This document shows, in pieces, positions 9,916-19,207 of a stretch of DNA of 64,000 bases. Source of the stretch: a virus; the IMG/VR virus record IMGVR_UViG_3300006175_000010, positions 3,150 to 67,149 of that record, one strand, 5' to 3'. The number at the start of each line of letters is the position of its first letter. Within the stretch, counting starts at the first letter, position 1. The translations under genes were made by a program, and so were the position numbers. The notes beneath the pieces were generated by a model. That model ran no database searches. It was not told the DNA's origin and saw only the letters and a program-made list of their open reading frames with translations.

Positions 9916-10188
9916 ATGACAGAAACTTTACCTTTTTGGGACGCTATATTAAGACAGTATATGGGTGGTATTCTGATTGCCGCAACCACGGGAGCAGTAG
10001 CAACTATAGTTAGATTTATAATGTGCTTGAAGAAATTAAACAGGAGAAGTTGGAGAACCACTCAGGCAGTTATGCTAATGTCTGAACTTATAGACGATGA
10101 AACTGCTGAATTACATCCTACACATAAAGGTCATGAAATAGCAGATAAGATCAAGAACCTCTTAAAAGATGAAGATGGTTCCCTTTAA
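9916..10188 (+). CDS. single-TM membrane protein
   Basis: N-terminal TM followed by charged helix. Confidence 0.5.
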   Translation: MTETLPFWDAILRQYMGGILIAATTGAVATIVRFIMCLKKLNRRSWRTTQAVMLMSELIDDETAELHPTHKGHEIADKIKNLLKDEDGSL

Positions 10189-10409
10189 ACTATTTTTGTT
10201 AAATGCCCTGATTTTATAAAATCCAGTATCAAATGAGGATTCATATCTATCATGGTATTAAAGGCATCCTCTATCTCTGGGATTATATAGAATTTACCGC
10301 AAGCCCAACAGAGGTATAACTGGTGCATGTCTCCATCAGAATAACCATATAATTTGGACTTGCATTGTCCACAAACAACTACCACGGAACATTTATATAA
10401 GTAATCCAC
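10185..10409 (-). CDS. Zn-ribbon protein
   Basis: CGQC...CWAC. Confidence 0.55.
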   Translation of the reverse strand: MDYLYKCSVVVVCGQCKSKLYGYSDGDMHQLYLCWACGKFYIIPEIEDAFNTMIDMNPHLILDFIKSGHLTKIV

Positions 10410-10422
10410 TTATAAGGTTTTT

Positions 10423-10539
10423 ATGATGATTCTGAAAAACTTTCACAGATGTCCAGCAAATAGGGGAATGGTACACCAAGAAACAAAAAATACTGGATAT
10501 ATATCACAAATTAATGTTCATTGGGGTGATAAGGTATAG
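10423..10539 (+). CDS. MxIxR-family microprotein, C-H-H subtype (38 aa)
   Basis: MMILKNFHRCPANRGMVHQ...INVHWGDKV. Confidence 0.55.
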   Translation: MMILKNFHRCPANRGMVHQETKNTGYISQINVHWGDKV

Positions 10540-10592
10540 GCACGGAAATAGCGGTCTTTGATAATTTAAAGACCTTCAAGAACGTATACCAG

Positions 10593-11021
10593 TTGGATTT
10601 TAATAGGGTAGGACATAAAATAGAGGTTATTGACTTTTATACCAAATGGGATTCCATAGGTCAGGCATGGCATTTATGGGTAACTACTGATTATATGGCA
10701 CCACACTTGACACCAGATTTTGGGAAAACAGTGGTATTCTTCCATCAACAGGACAAGGAAAAATATTTTAATCCTTTACAATATAAGGAAAAGGAACGTC
10801 CTAACCTAGTAGAATGGAATCAGGTGATATTCAACCATAAGGAAAACAGTGTTTCCTTCGGATTGAAAGGCTTTTGGATATTCAAGAAACCAATATTGAA
10901 ATTTACTGGAAATATTAGGTATTATGGTAACAAAATGTACAATAAGAAAGTAGTAATAGATCATGAGGAATGGTATTATGACTTTGGTCGTGATAGACTC
11001 GTGCTTGTCATAAACAAATGA
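10593..11021 (+). CDS. hypothetical protein
   Basis: 142 aa ORF. Confidence 0.6.
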   Translation: MDFNRVGHKIEVIDFYTKWDSIGQAWHLWVTTDYMAPHLTPDFGKTVVFFHQQDKEKYFNPLQYKEKERPNLVEWNQVIFNHKENSVSFGLKGFWIFKKPILKFTGNIRYYGNKMYNKKVVIDHEEWYYDFGRDRLVLVINK

Positions 11022-11210
11022 ATATTTGGAGATTTAGACATGGAAGTATAATGAGAGAATGGGTGTTATCTATTATTGGAAATTACTAAGAAATATGGTA
11101 CCAGAAAAATATGGAAACCTCATATAGATATAACCTTCAAGTCTTTTAGACCTACAAGTTTTAGTTGGGGTTTTATCATGTGGTGTTCTTTGATTAAGAA
11201 TTGGGATTAA
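11018..11210 (+). other. two coupled MxIxR micro-ORFs (MNIWR..., MEITK...HID...)
   Basis: ATGA overlap with upstream gene; second ORF starts at TTG. Confidence 0.5.
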
Positions 11211-11729
11211 TTACTTGCGATGCCACTTCAACTTTTGATTTGGGTCTGAAAATAGAATCTTCCAATCCTTACCGTGCTTATGTTTCAACCACTTGTAGAA
11301 AGGATTTGTACCTTCATTACCACCACCCATATTATAAGCATGTAGTATCTTTCTCACCCTACCATTGCAGGACATACAGAGCCTACAGTTGATTTGAGAT
11401 AAATGGAATTTATATTGTCCACAGAAGAAACATAATCCAGAGTATTTATATGTGACTTGGGCTAGTAGGACTTCCTGACCTCTTTTGGACTTGCAATCCA
11501 GACAGATATCTACTAATGTGGCAGTAGCAACATCCTTTTTCATGCAGACATAACATAAGGCTTCCTTGTAGTTATTTACCCTGAGATATTCATTTTTCTG
11601 GTGTTCTTCCATTAATTTCTTATAGAAGATGTTGTTTTGTTCGGAGTCTCTTATTTCTTTAGCCCGCTTTGCATGGATTTCATCATCAGATTCTCGGATC
11701 TCTCGACCCTCATCATCATATTCGACCAT
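11211..11729 (-). CDS. multi-CxxC zinc-binding protein
   Basis: CYVC, CLDC, CFFC, CRLCMSC. Confidence 0.7.
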   Translation of the reverse strand: MVEYDDEGREIRESDDEIHAKRAKEIRDSEQNNIFYKKLMEEHQKNEYLRVNNYKEALCYVCMKKDVATATLVDICLDCKSKRGQEVLLAQVTYKYSGLCFFCGQYKFHLSQINCRLCMSCNGRVRKILHAYNMGGGNEGTNPFYKWLKHKHGKDWKILFSDPNQKLKWHRK

Positions 11730-11938
11730 TTATGCCACCATATCAAAACCGAAGAATATATAATTTGAAAAGTATACTAGACGAAAAAGATGTGTTCCCA
11801 TATCATATAATTTTTCTACTTTCATCTTATCACCAAATATTGTCTCATAGACTCTAGACCCGGAAATGATTTATTATTTGATAATAAAACTGGATTTATA
11901 TATAATCCATTCAAATTAAAAACTTTCATTACTCTCAT
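11730..11938 (-). other. two coupled MxIxR micro-ORFs (MRVMK..., MKVEK...)
   Basis: ATGA overlaps; the pair exactly fills the gap between two larger genes. Confidence 0.6.
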
Positions 11939-12135
11939 TTTCCTACTGCACTTCCATCAAATTCGGCTTCGTACAACGCACTTGCTTCTTCAGGTTTTAT
12001 ATTTGCCCGGGATACCAATTCAGATATGACTTTCTCTTTCTTCCAGTCATGTTCTACAGTTTCCAGAAAAATATCCTTTATTATTTCATAATTGGATTCA
12101 GTGATAACCTTATATGCCTCTAACTTATTTATCAT
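11935..12135 (-). CDS. hypothetical protein coupled to portal
   Basis: 66 aa, ATGA overlap with portal stop. Confidence 0.6.
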   Translation of the reverse strand: MINKLEAYKVITESNYEIIKDIFLETVEHDWKKEKVISELVSRANIKPEEASALYEAEFDGSAVGK

Positions 12136-14090
12136 TGGTCTTTCTTTTTATTACGAGTATTTAAACTCTTTTTAGACTCTGAAGTACCCTGACCGCTTGC
12201 CGGATGTCCCTGCGCCATACCACCTACATCAGAAGGTCTCTGGGACAAATGTTCTCCTTGGTGTCTGGTTTCCTGTTCCTGTTTAGGATCAGTCTTGGTA
12301 CTTGACAAGTCACCATTTCCATTACCACCTTCGGTTGGTGAATTTATAGGATTCTTGGAGAACTTGAATTCTCCTTGGTGTGTTCTGGATACTGTAAAGC
12401 CCATACGCATCATTCCTTCCGCGTTGCCTATTTCTACACCTTCTATCTGTAGTTCTCTCAATCTGTCTGTATCTTCACCAGATTTGAGTTTCAAATCCCA
12501 ATCATCTACACCTACCAGTAATGCTATCTTATCAAAGAAGGATTCTTTAAGGACTTCTTGACCCCAACGTACAACTCTGTTTGTAATTGTTACCTGCATA
12601 CCTTCTTGGTTCCAACCGGAAGGCATTTCTCCATAGTATAAAGGTAAGACACCATACATTGCGGCTATTATAGCCCTTAATTCTTTTCTAACTTCAACAA
12701 ATTCTAATTCCTTTAGGGAACCAGTAAAGTCCAACCATTGAGCCATACCTTTTCCACCGTTGTCGGTTTCTACCATTACTGGATAGATTTCATATGGGTC
12801 TTCTGTTGCTTTCTGTTGTAGAACATCCCATGATTTTTTGAAGGAATCATAGTTTCTGGAAGCAATAATTAACATGCCCCTTGGTGGTCTCATTTTGTCG
12901 AAATATTTGCGTACATATTCATCCATATGTGCAAGTGCCATCACCTTAGACCATATAGCATAAATTGGTGAAAATCCATACACCAGACCCGGCATATATT
13001 TGCCCGGCTTCCAGATTACTTCACCCTCACCATATACAACTCTTTTTGGTTGTGGGATACCAATGGAATAAACGGAATTGACTTCAATTACTGCCTTTAA
13101 TCCCCTAGCACCACACTTGTCACAGAATGGTTTTACAAGTCTCTTGTTTCTATGCTCGAATCTTGGGCATACATAAACCTGATTACCATTATCATCATAA
13201 CCAATCCTTCCATCAGAATCACAGATCATTGCAACTTGTGGCGGGTCTGCCCTCATTATTTCTGCGATTCTTTCTCCACGGATTTCTTTTGTGGAATCAT
13301 CTATATCATAAGATTTTAAAATAATCAAATAAGCATTATCACACACATCCAAGTCCAATTCCATTTGGTAGGCAATTTCCTTGAAGGTCTGCATGTTACC
13401 GTTTACAGGATTTTTCAAAAGCATTTCCAGAACCTTTCTGTGTGTTGGATCTGGTCTTCTTAGAGCGGTACTGCCACACTCATCACATAATAGGTTCTTG
13501 TCGTCATAATCTTTTCTTAATATTTTTATTGGTTTTACTGTATTTTTCCAGCCGAAGGATTTCTCAAATCCGATAGATTTAATAGTGTCAGAAGACATAT
13601 TACCTTCGGTAGATTCTGGTGTATTTGCAGAAGATTCTGAGTTATTATCGCCATCGTCAGACTCTTGTCCGTGTTTCTCAGAGTTGGTATCTATCTGATC
13701 CTTAGATTCTTCTACATCATCTTCCGGTTCTGGTTTGTATTGGAATTCCTTTGAGCAGTTTAAGCATTTATACTTCCATTTTTCTATGATTTCAAACCCG
13801 TTCTTAAACATCTCACGCATTAGGGCTTCTATTGGAATTCTTAGAGAGTCATTGTTTCTCTCCAATTCCTGTATCATTATTAACGGGAAGGTATAGATTG
13901 GTAATTTGGCACCTGTATCGGTAGACATGTAAGGTGACGCTAGGGAAGGTCTTGTTATGGTCTCAGTAAAATTCTTTTTGATACTATACATCCTTTGCAC
14001 GTTTTCGATATTCTGACGCTCTAAATCGGCTACCTTGGTCTTTAGATTAAGAATATCAGTATCCTTTTTCTTGTCTCCGAAAATGCCCAT
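12132..14090 (-). CDS. portal protein with Zn-ribbon/acidic insertions
   Basis: DLDVCDNAY, YGFSPI, YFDKMRPPRGML, IAAMYGVLP portal motifs. Confidence 0.85.
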   Translation of the reverse strand: MGIFGDKKKDTDILNLKTKVADLERQNIENVQRMYSIKKNFTETITRPSLASPYMSTDTGAKLPIYTFPLIMIQELERNNDSLRIPIEALMREMFKNGFEIIEKWKYKCLNCSKEFQYKPEPEDDVEESKDQIDTNSEKHGQESDDGDNNSESSANTPESTEGNMSSDTIKSIGFEKSFGWKNTVKPIKILRKDYDDKNLLCDECGSTALRRPDPTHRKVLEMLLKNPVNGNMQTFKEIAYQMELDLDVCDNAYLIILKSYDIDDSTKEIRGERIAEIMRADPPQVAMICDSDGRIGYDDNGNQVYVCPRFEHRNKRLVKPFCDKCGARGLKAVIEVNSVYSIGIPQPKRVVYGEGEVIWKPGKYMPGLVYGFSPIYAIWSKVMALAHMDEYVRKYFDKMRPPRGMLIIASRNYDSFKKSWDVLQQKATEDPYEIYPVMVETDNGGKGMAQWLDFTGSLKELEFVEVRKELRAIIAAMYGVLPLYYGEMPSGWNQEGMQVTITNRVVRWGQEVLKESFFDKIALLVGVDDWDLKLKSGEDTDRLRELQIEGVEIGNAEGMMRMGFTVSRTHQGEFKFSKNPINSPTEGGNGNGDLSSTKTDPKQEQETRHQGEHLSQRPSDVGGMAQGHPASGQGTSESKKSLNTRNKKKDQ

Positions 14091-14143
14091 GGGTATTTAA
14101 AGTTATTGTTTCTAACTATTTAAGTATTTTAGGGCTTTATATA

Positions 14144-14239
14144 CTATTCATCCCAAGTAAACCATCTACGGTTTCTACTATATATTACAGACCCACAAAT
14201 TAGGGTTTGGTTGCTTCTCTTTAGCCTCTCTAACTGCAT
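14144..14239 (-). CDS. MxIxR-family microprotein (MQLERLK..., 31 aa)
   Basis: Leaderless ATG ~22 nt from the TTATATAA box at 14261. Confidence 0.45.
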   Translation of the reverse strand: MQLERLKRSNQTLICGSVIYSRNRRWFTWDE

Positions 14240-14297
14240 AATATTAGTATACCAAAAGGCTTATATAAACCATTGTTTATTAATATATTAGTATCAA

Positions 14298-14447
14298 GCG
14301 TCCTGTTAAGGAGATGATGAAAAAGGGTGTATCCCATTCTGATCCTTTAAAAATAAAACCCTACTCCATAGTAAGTTTATGGAGTAAGGATGGAAAACTC
14401 AATAATATTTGAGCCTTCAGGACTGTATACGCCGAGAGTAATCTCTG
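14298..14447 (+). ncRNA. candidate multibranch ncRNA with C/D-box K-turn
   Basis: AAAAGG-TTATATAA promoter 14254-14268; ATGATGA 14314-14320, CTGA 14339-14342; closing stem GTCCTG/CAGGAC; 9-bp hairpin. Confidence 0.55.
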
Positions 14448-14589
14448 ACACTATTTTATGATAAGAAATATATAGGATTTAAAGATTTTTTATTTTTTAG
14501 GTCTTTGAAACTTTTGAGGATCAATCAACAACTTTTTAACTTATATTTAAATGTTGTTACTTACTTACTAGATAAATCTTTCGATATAT

Positions 14590-15042
14590 TTATATAGAAT
14601 TAATGATTTTCTCACCGTGTAACTCATTCTCTGCCTTATCCCATCCTACTAATGCTGGGTGTTTGATTAAACTAATCTCTGGTTTATATTCTACTATTAT
14701 TTCATTTGTTATTATTGGTTTTTTATGGTTTTCGATGATTCTTCTTAATTTAATTATGTTTTTTACTTTTGGATTTCCATGTTCTCTATTCTCATATCTC
14801 TTAATCCAGTTACAGTTAGAACAAAGGACTTGGAGTTTTTTCAATGCTAAATCTGGATTCTTATTATAAAATAAATACATTGAACCACCAGTGATTCCTA
14901 AAGCCCTATCTTCATTACCATCCCCATTAATATGATCAAAATGAAGTGCTCTCTTGTCACTAAATCCACACCTAACACAAGTGTGACCTAATAAATTAAA
15001 TAGTTTTTCTTTATGAATTTTCCATTTACTTTCGGTTACCAT
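14590..15042 (-). CDS. HNH endonuclease
   Basis: CVRCG...LHFDHINGDG...LQVLCSNCN. Confidence 0.85.
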   Translation of the reverse strand: MVTESKWKIHKEKLFNLLGHTCVRCGFSDKRALHFDHINGDGNEDRALGITGGSMYLFYNKNPDLALKKLQVLCSNCNWIKRYENREHGNPKVKNIIKLRRIIENHKKPIITNEIIVEYKPEISLIKHPALVGWDKAENELHGEKIINSI

Positions 15043-15228
15043 GTAACCAAGTATTAATATATCTAATATTTAAATCTTTAAAAAAGTCAATAAATAACAC
15101 AAATTTTAGTCCAAGGTCTTTTTTATGGATTTTAATTTGGATTTGGTCTTGCATTTGTCAGAACACTTGCATATATCATCATGTGAATCTTCCATAAGAT
15201 TTATATTTGTGAGGACTTATTATATTTT

Positions 15229-16429
15229 ATGAGAATAATAAGCAAGGAAAGACATAGAGGTTTTAATGTCTGCTATCATTGGCAACTTTCTTGGGACTCT
15301 AAAAGATGGGAGTATTTCTTAAGGAAATGAAAGTAACTAGAGAATATGGTGATCCAAAGAAATATTCTTGGTTTCAACAAAATAGAAAGGAAGTTTTCCT
15401 AAAGATTCATATTACATTTAACTGGATAAATGAACAGCATTGGATGATACCTTTTGGTGGGAAGATTTGGGAATGAAAATCTGGAAGTCATATTGGATAA
15501 AACATGTTATGGGATTTCTTGTTTATGCCGCACCTGTTAATGACCGTGATATCATATATTATGGTGATACTCTTAATGGAGATATTAGAGAAGCCTGTAA
15601 ATCATCTTATAGACAATCACACACGAGTGAATTGGCACAATGAAGTTATTTAGATGGAATTGTGGTTGTACTGGAATGAATGAAACACATTTTTATAAGG
15701 TTAATCAGTTATATGTTATACATTGGAAGAATCCAGATAAGCCATGATTGAAATTCTTCTAGCCGTTGGTATTGCTTGGTGGTGGTTATACCACAGAAAA
15801 CGAAAGCCCAAAGAACTTGATGATTCTTATGAAGGCAAGGTAGATATAGATGGACGTTCTTATGGATATGTCAAAGATGATGAAAATATTAGGGAATTGA
15901 TATGAGTAAAGAAGACATGTGTTGGTTAGCCGGAACCGTTTTTATTGGAATGTGTGCTATTCTATATATTAACTGTGTAGCGAGTGGATATTGTGGATGA
16001 GAATATATAGATATTTTGGAAATTTTAATCATTGGGTTTATAATCTCTGGGTTTGGAATTTTGTAAAAATAATTAAAACCAGACATGGAAGTGGTTTGAT
16101 AGAATGAGAATAGGATTTAGGTCTTGGAGTGCAAAATTTCCATATGTTCTAAAAACAAGATTAAATGATGGTAGTTTAAAATATGATAGACGTTGGTGTG
16201 ATGGTAAATGTTATTTCCAAATCTGGTGGAGAGAAAGAAAAAAATGAGAGTATTCAGATTCAAATCTATGGAATTATCATCAATCGCTGAAGTAACAAAC
16301 TATTCAGGCATATGGGTTTCTTGGGCAAAAAAGAAAAGAGAAAGTTATGAAACTGGTGGGGCTGGGGACTTTGGATCTAGCCCAAAGGATTTGAGTAGAT
16401 TACCTCTAGCGACTTCATCCCTTGGATAA
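15229..16429 (+). other. array of 9 translationally coupled micro-ORFs (7 MxIxR-type, 2 single-TM)
   Basis: MRIISK, MKVTR, MKIWK, MKLFR, MIEIL(TM), MSKED(TM), MRIYR, MRIGFR, MRVFR; every junction is ATGA. Confidence 0.75.
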
Positions 16430-16620
16430 GTATCCCAAGCGAATTTAATCCTGTTTTTATTGTTGTCTGTTTTTACCAGATTTTGATGATCCCAAGCGGC
16501 TTGTATGTTTATACCTTCATTTGAAGTTGGTGCAACTGGTGTACCGTCCTCATGGAAGACATAAACTCCGTTTTTGAATCTGTTTTTAGGATCTGTTTTT
16601 AATTGTGGTTGTGGTGCCAT
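16345..16620 (-). CDS. hypothetical protein
   Basis: 91 aa, TATA box upstream. Confidence 0.6.
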   Translation of the reverse strand: MAPQPQLKTDPKNRFKNGVYVFHEDGTPVAPTSNEGINIQAAWDHQNLVKTDNNKNRIKFAWDTYPRDEVARGNLLKSFGLDPKSPAPPVS

Positions 16621-16696
16621 TATATTTAAGTGTTATTATTTGGAGTATTTAAATCTTTTTTATACATTTATATTGATGTGTATATATTGTAATACC

Positions 16697-16891
16697 ATGC
16701 GAAAAATTTGGTGTGATAAAGACACCTGTAGAAAGAAAATAGAACATGGAGAACAAGTAATAACACTCTTTGACTTGGATTTCTGTGAGGATTGTGCATT
16801 GACGCTAAAGGCTTCCGTACTAGCATGGGCAAACCCAGAAAATGCACCTAAACCAGAATATTCCGAATCAGACTGTGCTAGTTGTAAATAA
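16697..16891 (+). CDS. small Zn-finger protein
   Basis: MRKIWCDKDTC...FCEDC...CASCK. Confidence 0.55.
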   Translation: MRKIWCDKDTCRKKIEHGEQVITLFDLDFCEDCALTLKASVLAWANPENAPKPEYSESDCASCK

Positions 16892-16896
16892 TACAA

Positions 16897-17120
16897 CTAC
16901 CAATCTTTTTTATTTAAAAGGAATTTTGGACGTTTCTCAGTCCCTATAGTTAATTCAAAATCATCCATTAATAATCTCCAATTATTTGTATTTAATAATT
17001 CATAAAATCTATCTATTCTCATGTTATACTCCTTACACCAAATTCACTGGTTATTGAACTTACCTTAACATACAACCAATATAAAGTTCCGGCTTTTATT
17101 CTATATATATCCAACAACAT
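16897..17120 (-). other. two coupled MxIxR micro-ORFs ((ML)LDIYR..., MRIDR...)
   Basis: ATGA overlap at ~17020. Confidence 0.6.
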
Positions 17121-17173
17121 GGATCAGTATTTACACAACCTTTATATTTAACCATTATGCTTTACTATACTCC

Positions 17174-17398
17174 ATGGCAAAAACAAACATATGTCACAAT
17201 GATGACTGTATGAAAAAATACAATGGGGTCAATAAAAGTAATCTTGTTTCTTATATATTAGGATTCAAATACTGCCGTGAATGTAGAAAGTATTTTAAGG
17301 TGGATTATTGGAAATGCCTATGTTGTGGTTCCAGATTGCGTGGAAAACCGGCTAACGGGGTAAAAAGGGAAGAATTGGTCGTAGCCTCTAGGGTTTAG
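17174..17398 (+). CDS. Zn-ribbon protein
   Basis: CREC...CLCCG.RLR. Confidence 0.65.
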   Translation: MAKTNICHNDDCMKKYNGVNKSNLVSYILGFKYCRECRKYFKVDYWKCLCCGSRLRGKPANGVKREELVVASRV

Positions 17399-17631
17399 AA
17401 CCACTCGGATTCTAATTGTCTTTGTGCCCAATGATCTTGGTCTGCGTCCGTATCTGATTCTATTATATTCAGTACAGCATGTATGGATTCATGGATTAAA
17501 AGATTTATAAGTTCCGTATGTGAATCCAGATTCTTTAGGTGTATTGTGCATATATTCTTGGTTGTCTCGCCTGTGAAGGGGCTGTCTTCAAAATCAAATT
17601 TGAACTCTATTTCCTCTGATTTCTTAGGCAT
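17395..17631 (-). CDS. small HExxH metallopeptidase-like protein
   Basis: LLIHESIHAVL. Confidence 0.55.
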   Translation of the reverse strand: MPKKSEEIEFKFDFEDSPFTGETTKNICTIHLKNLDSHTELINLLIHESIHAVLNIIESDTDADQDHWAQRQLESEWF

Positions 17632-17667
17632 AACGTTTATATTGGAATATGGTATTTAATTATTCTA

Positions 17668-17862
17668 TTGGAAATTCATATGTCTTGGTTTATTTATGAT
17701 GGTATACCTGACTATGATTCTGATTTGAAAAAAGTAACACAGATAAAATTTTCCAATAAATCTAGGCATGGACAGGTTTCAGCACAAATCGCTTTGTTAA
17801 AAAATGGTACTTGGGATATATGGTATCATGGTATGCCTACTCTAGCAGACAGGCGAATGTAA
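17668..17862 (+). CDS. hypothetical small protein
   Basis: 64 aa, TTG start after TATA-like box. Confidence 0.45.
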   Translation: MEIHMSWFIYDGIPDYDSDLKKVTQIKFSNKSRHGQVSAQIALLKNGTWDIWYHGMPTLADRRM

Positions 17863-18083
17863 TGATAATTGATCGTATTTATAGAGACGAAATAGATGAC
17901 CGGGAATGGAACCGTACCGGAAAGGATGATTATTTTAATTCCTTATTGGTGCAGATACAGATATCTCCCGCTGATCCCCATAGGGCACAGGTAGTTTCAG
18001 GATTGATAGAATATTTTGTAAATGGATATACAAGAGAACAATACTGCCGAAACCCTTATAAACTAGAGCGATTTTATAATACC

Positions 18084-18380
18084 ATGGTTGAAATATCCAA
18101 AATCCGTCCGGGATTTACCAAGATAGACTGTGAAGGCGAAATACTTGATGTCTCAGCCCCAAGGACTGTAAACCTCAAAACAGGTTCTACATCTCAGGTC
18201 GCAGACGCAATACTTAAAGACCAGTCCGGTACAATCACCCTGACTCTATGGGATCATAACATAAAGATGGTTCGTAAGGGTTCAAAGGTTCAGATAGCCG
18301 GTGGCTTTGCAAAGGACTTTAAAGGCAAAATGTCGCTTTCAACAGGGAAGTTTGGTAAATTAGAAGTAGTACAATATTAG
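18084..18380 (+). CDS. ssb: single-stranded DNA-binding protein (single OB fold, archaeal type)
   Basis: PRTVNLKTG...VADAILKDQSGTITLTLW...GKFGKL; start at MVEISK (an in-frame upstream MIIDR... extension from 17862 is possible). Confidence 0.85.
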   Translation: MVEISKIRPGFTKIDCEGEILDVSAPRTVNLKTGSTSQVADAILKDQSGTITLTLWDHNIKMVRKGSKVQIAGGFAKDFKGKMSLSTGKFGKLEVVQY

Positions 18381-18964
18381 TGGACTATACGCTCAAATTT
18401 TTTGCTGATAGCCATTATAGTATTTTTTCTTCCTAGACTTTTAGTTTTATGTGTTTCCATATTTATTTGAAAGCACCAGTTATATCTACTTTTTATTTCC
18501 ATATTGATTATAAATTATGGGAAGATTTAAAGGTTCTCCACCAGCACACCATAAATACCATTCTAGGGTACTAATATTAAAATAAACTTTGCTTATCAAC
18601 AAATGTTTTCATCCATATTTTAAATTCTCTTTTATTTACAAATCCACGGATTTCTTTCCAACCAGTACAATATATGGCTACATATGAATAATCATTTAAT
18701 TGCATAGTAGTCATGGAACGTCTACCTTCTCCAGTGGTATGATCGGTGTGAATATTCAATCCCAAGGTGTCCTTCCTTCAACCATCCATGCGGGAAACTC
18801 ATTTGATATCAGAGTCCACCACATGTGTTTCTGGATATTATTTTTGTTTACTACCATGCCCTTCTTGTATATATTATATCATCATATATCTCTTTTGGTT
18901 GGCTACTGAGCCTTACATAATATGATATAAGGTATTTTTGTCCGAATTCTTTACTTATTACCAA
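18377..18964 (-). other. array of 5 MxIxR-like micro-ORFs
   Basis: MVISK, MVVNK, MNIHT, MLISK, MEIKS with overlapping stop/start. Confidence 0.6.
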
Positions 18965-19121
18965 GCCGCTTCATACAACCTCGGGTACACCAAGTACATA
19001 TATCTGTTTCGGATTTGGGTGTCATTATACTGCACGAACCCAGATGTTTTCCGGGGACTCCGGGCATGGCTACATTAGGACACTTACATTGTACCCTTTC
19101 AGGCTCTTTGACGGAGAACAT
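18951..19121 (-). CDS. small Cys-rich protein (56 aa)
   Basis: MFSVKEPERVQCKC...CTWCTRGC. Confidence 0.5.
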   Translation of the reverse strand: MFSVKEPERVQCKCPNVAMPGVPGKHLGSCSIMTPKSETDICTWCTRGCMKRLGNK

Positions 19122-19207
19122 CAATAAAGGTTCTTGTGGTTCTTATATAAACTTTTACCATTGTGAAATGTTTATCAAACCTTTTGGTCAAAGGATTATA
19201 TAAAGGT

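Noticed and set aside
17811-18083. 189-aa SSB as listed in the ORF track
   Set aside because: OB-fold similarity starts at Met 18084; the upstream part looks like an in-frame MIIDR-type unit, so a fusion is possible but unproven.
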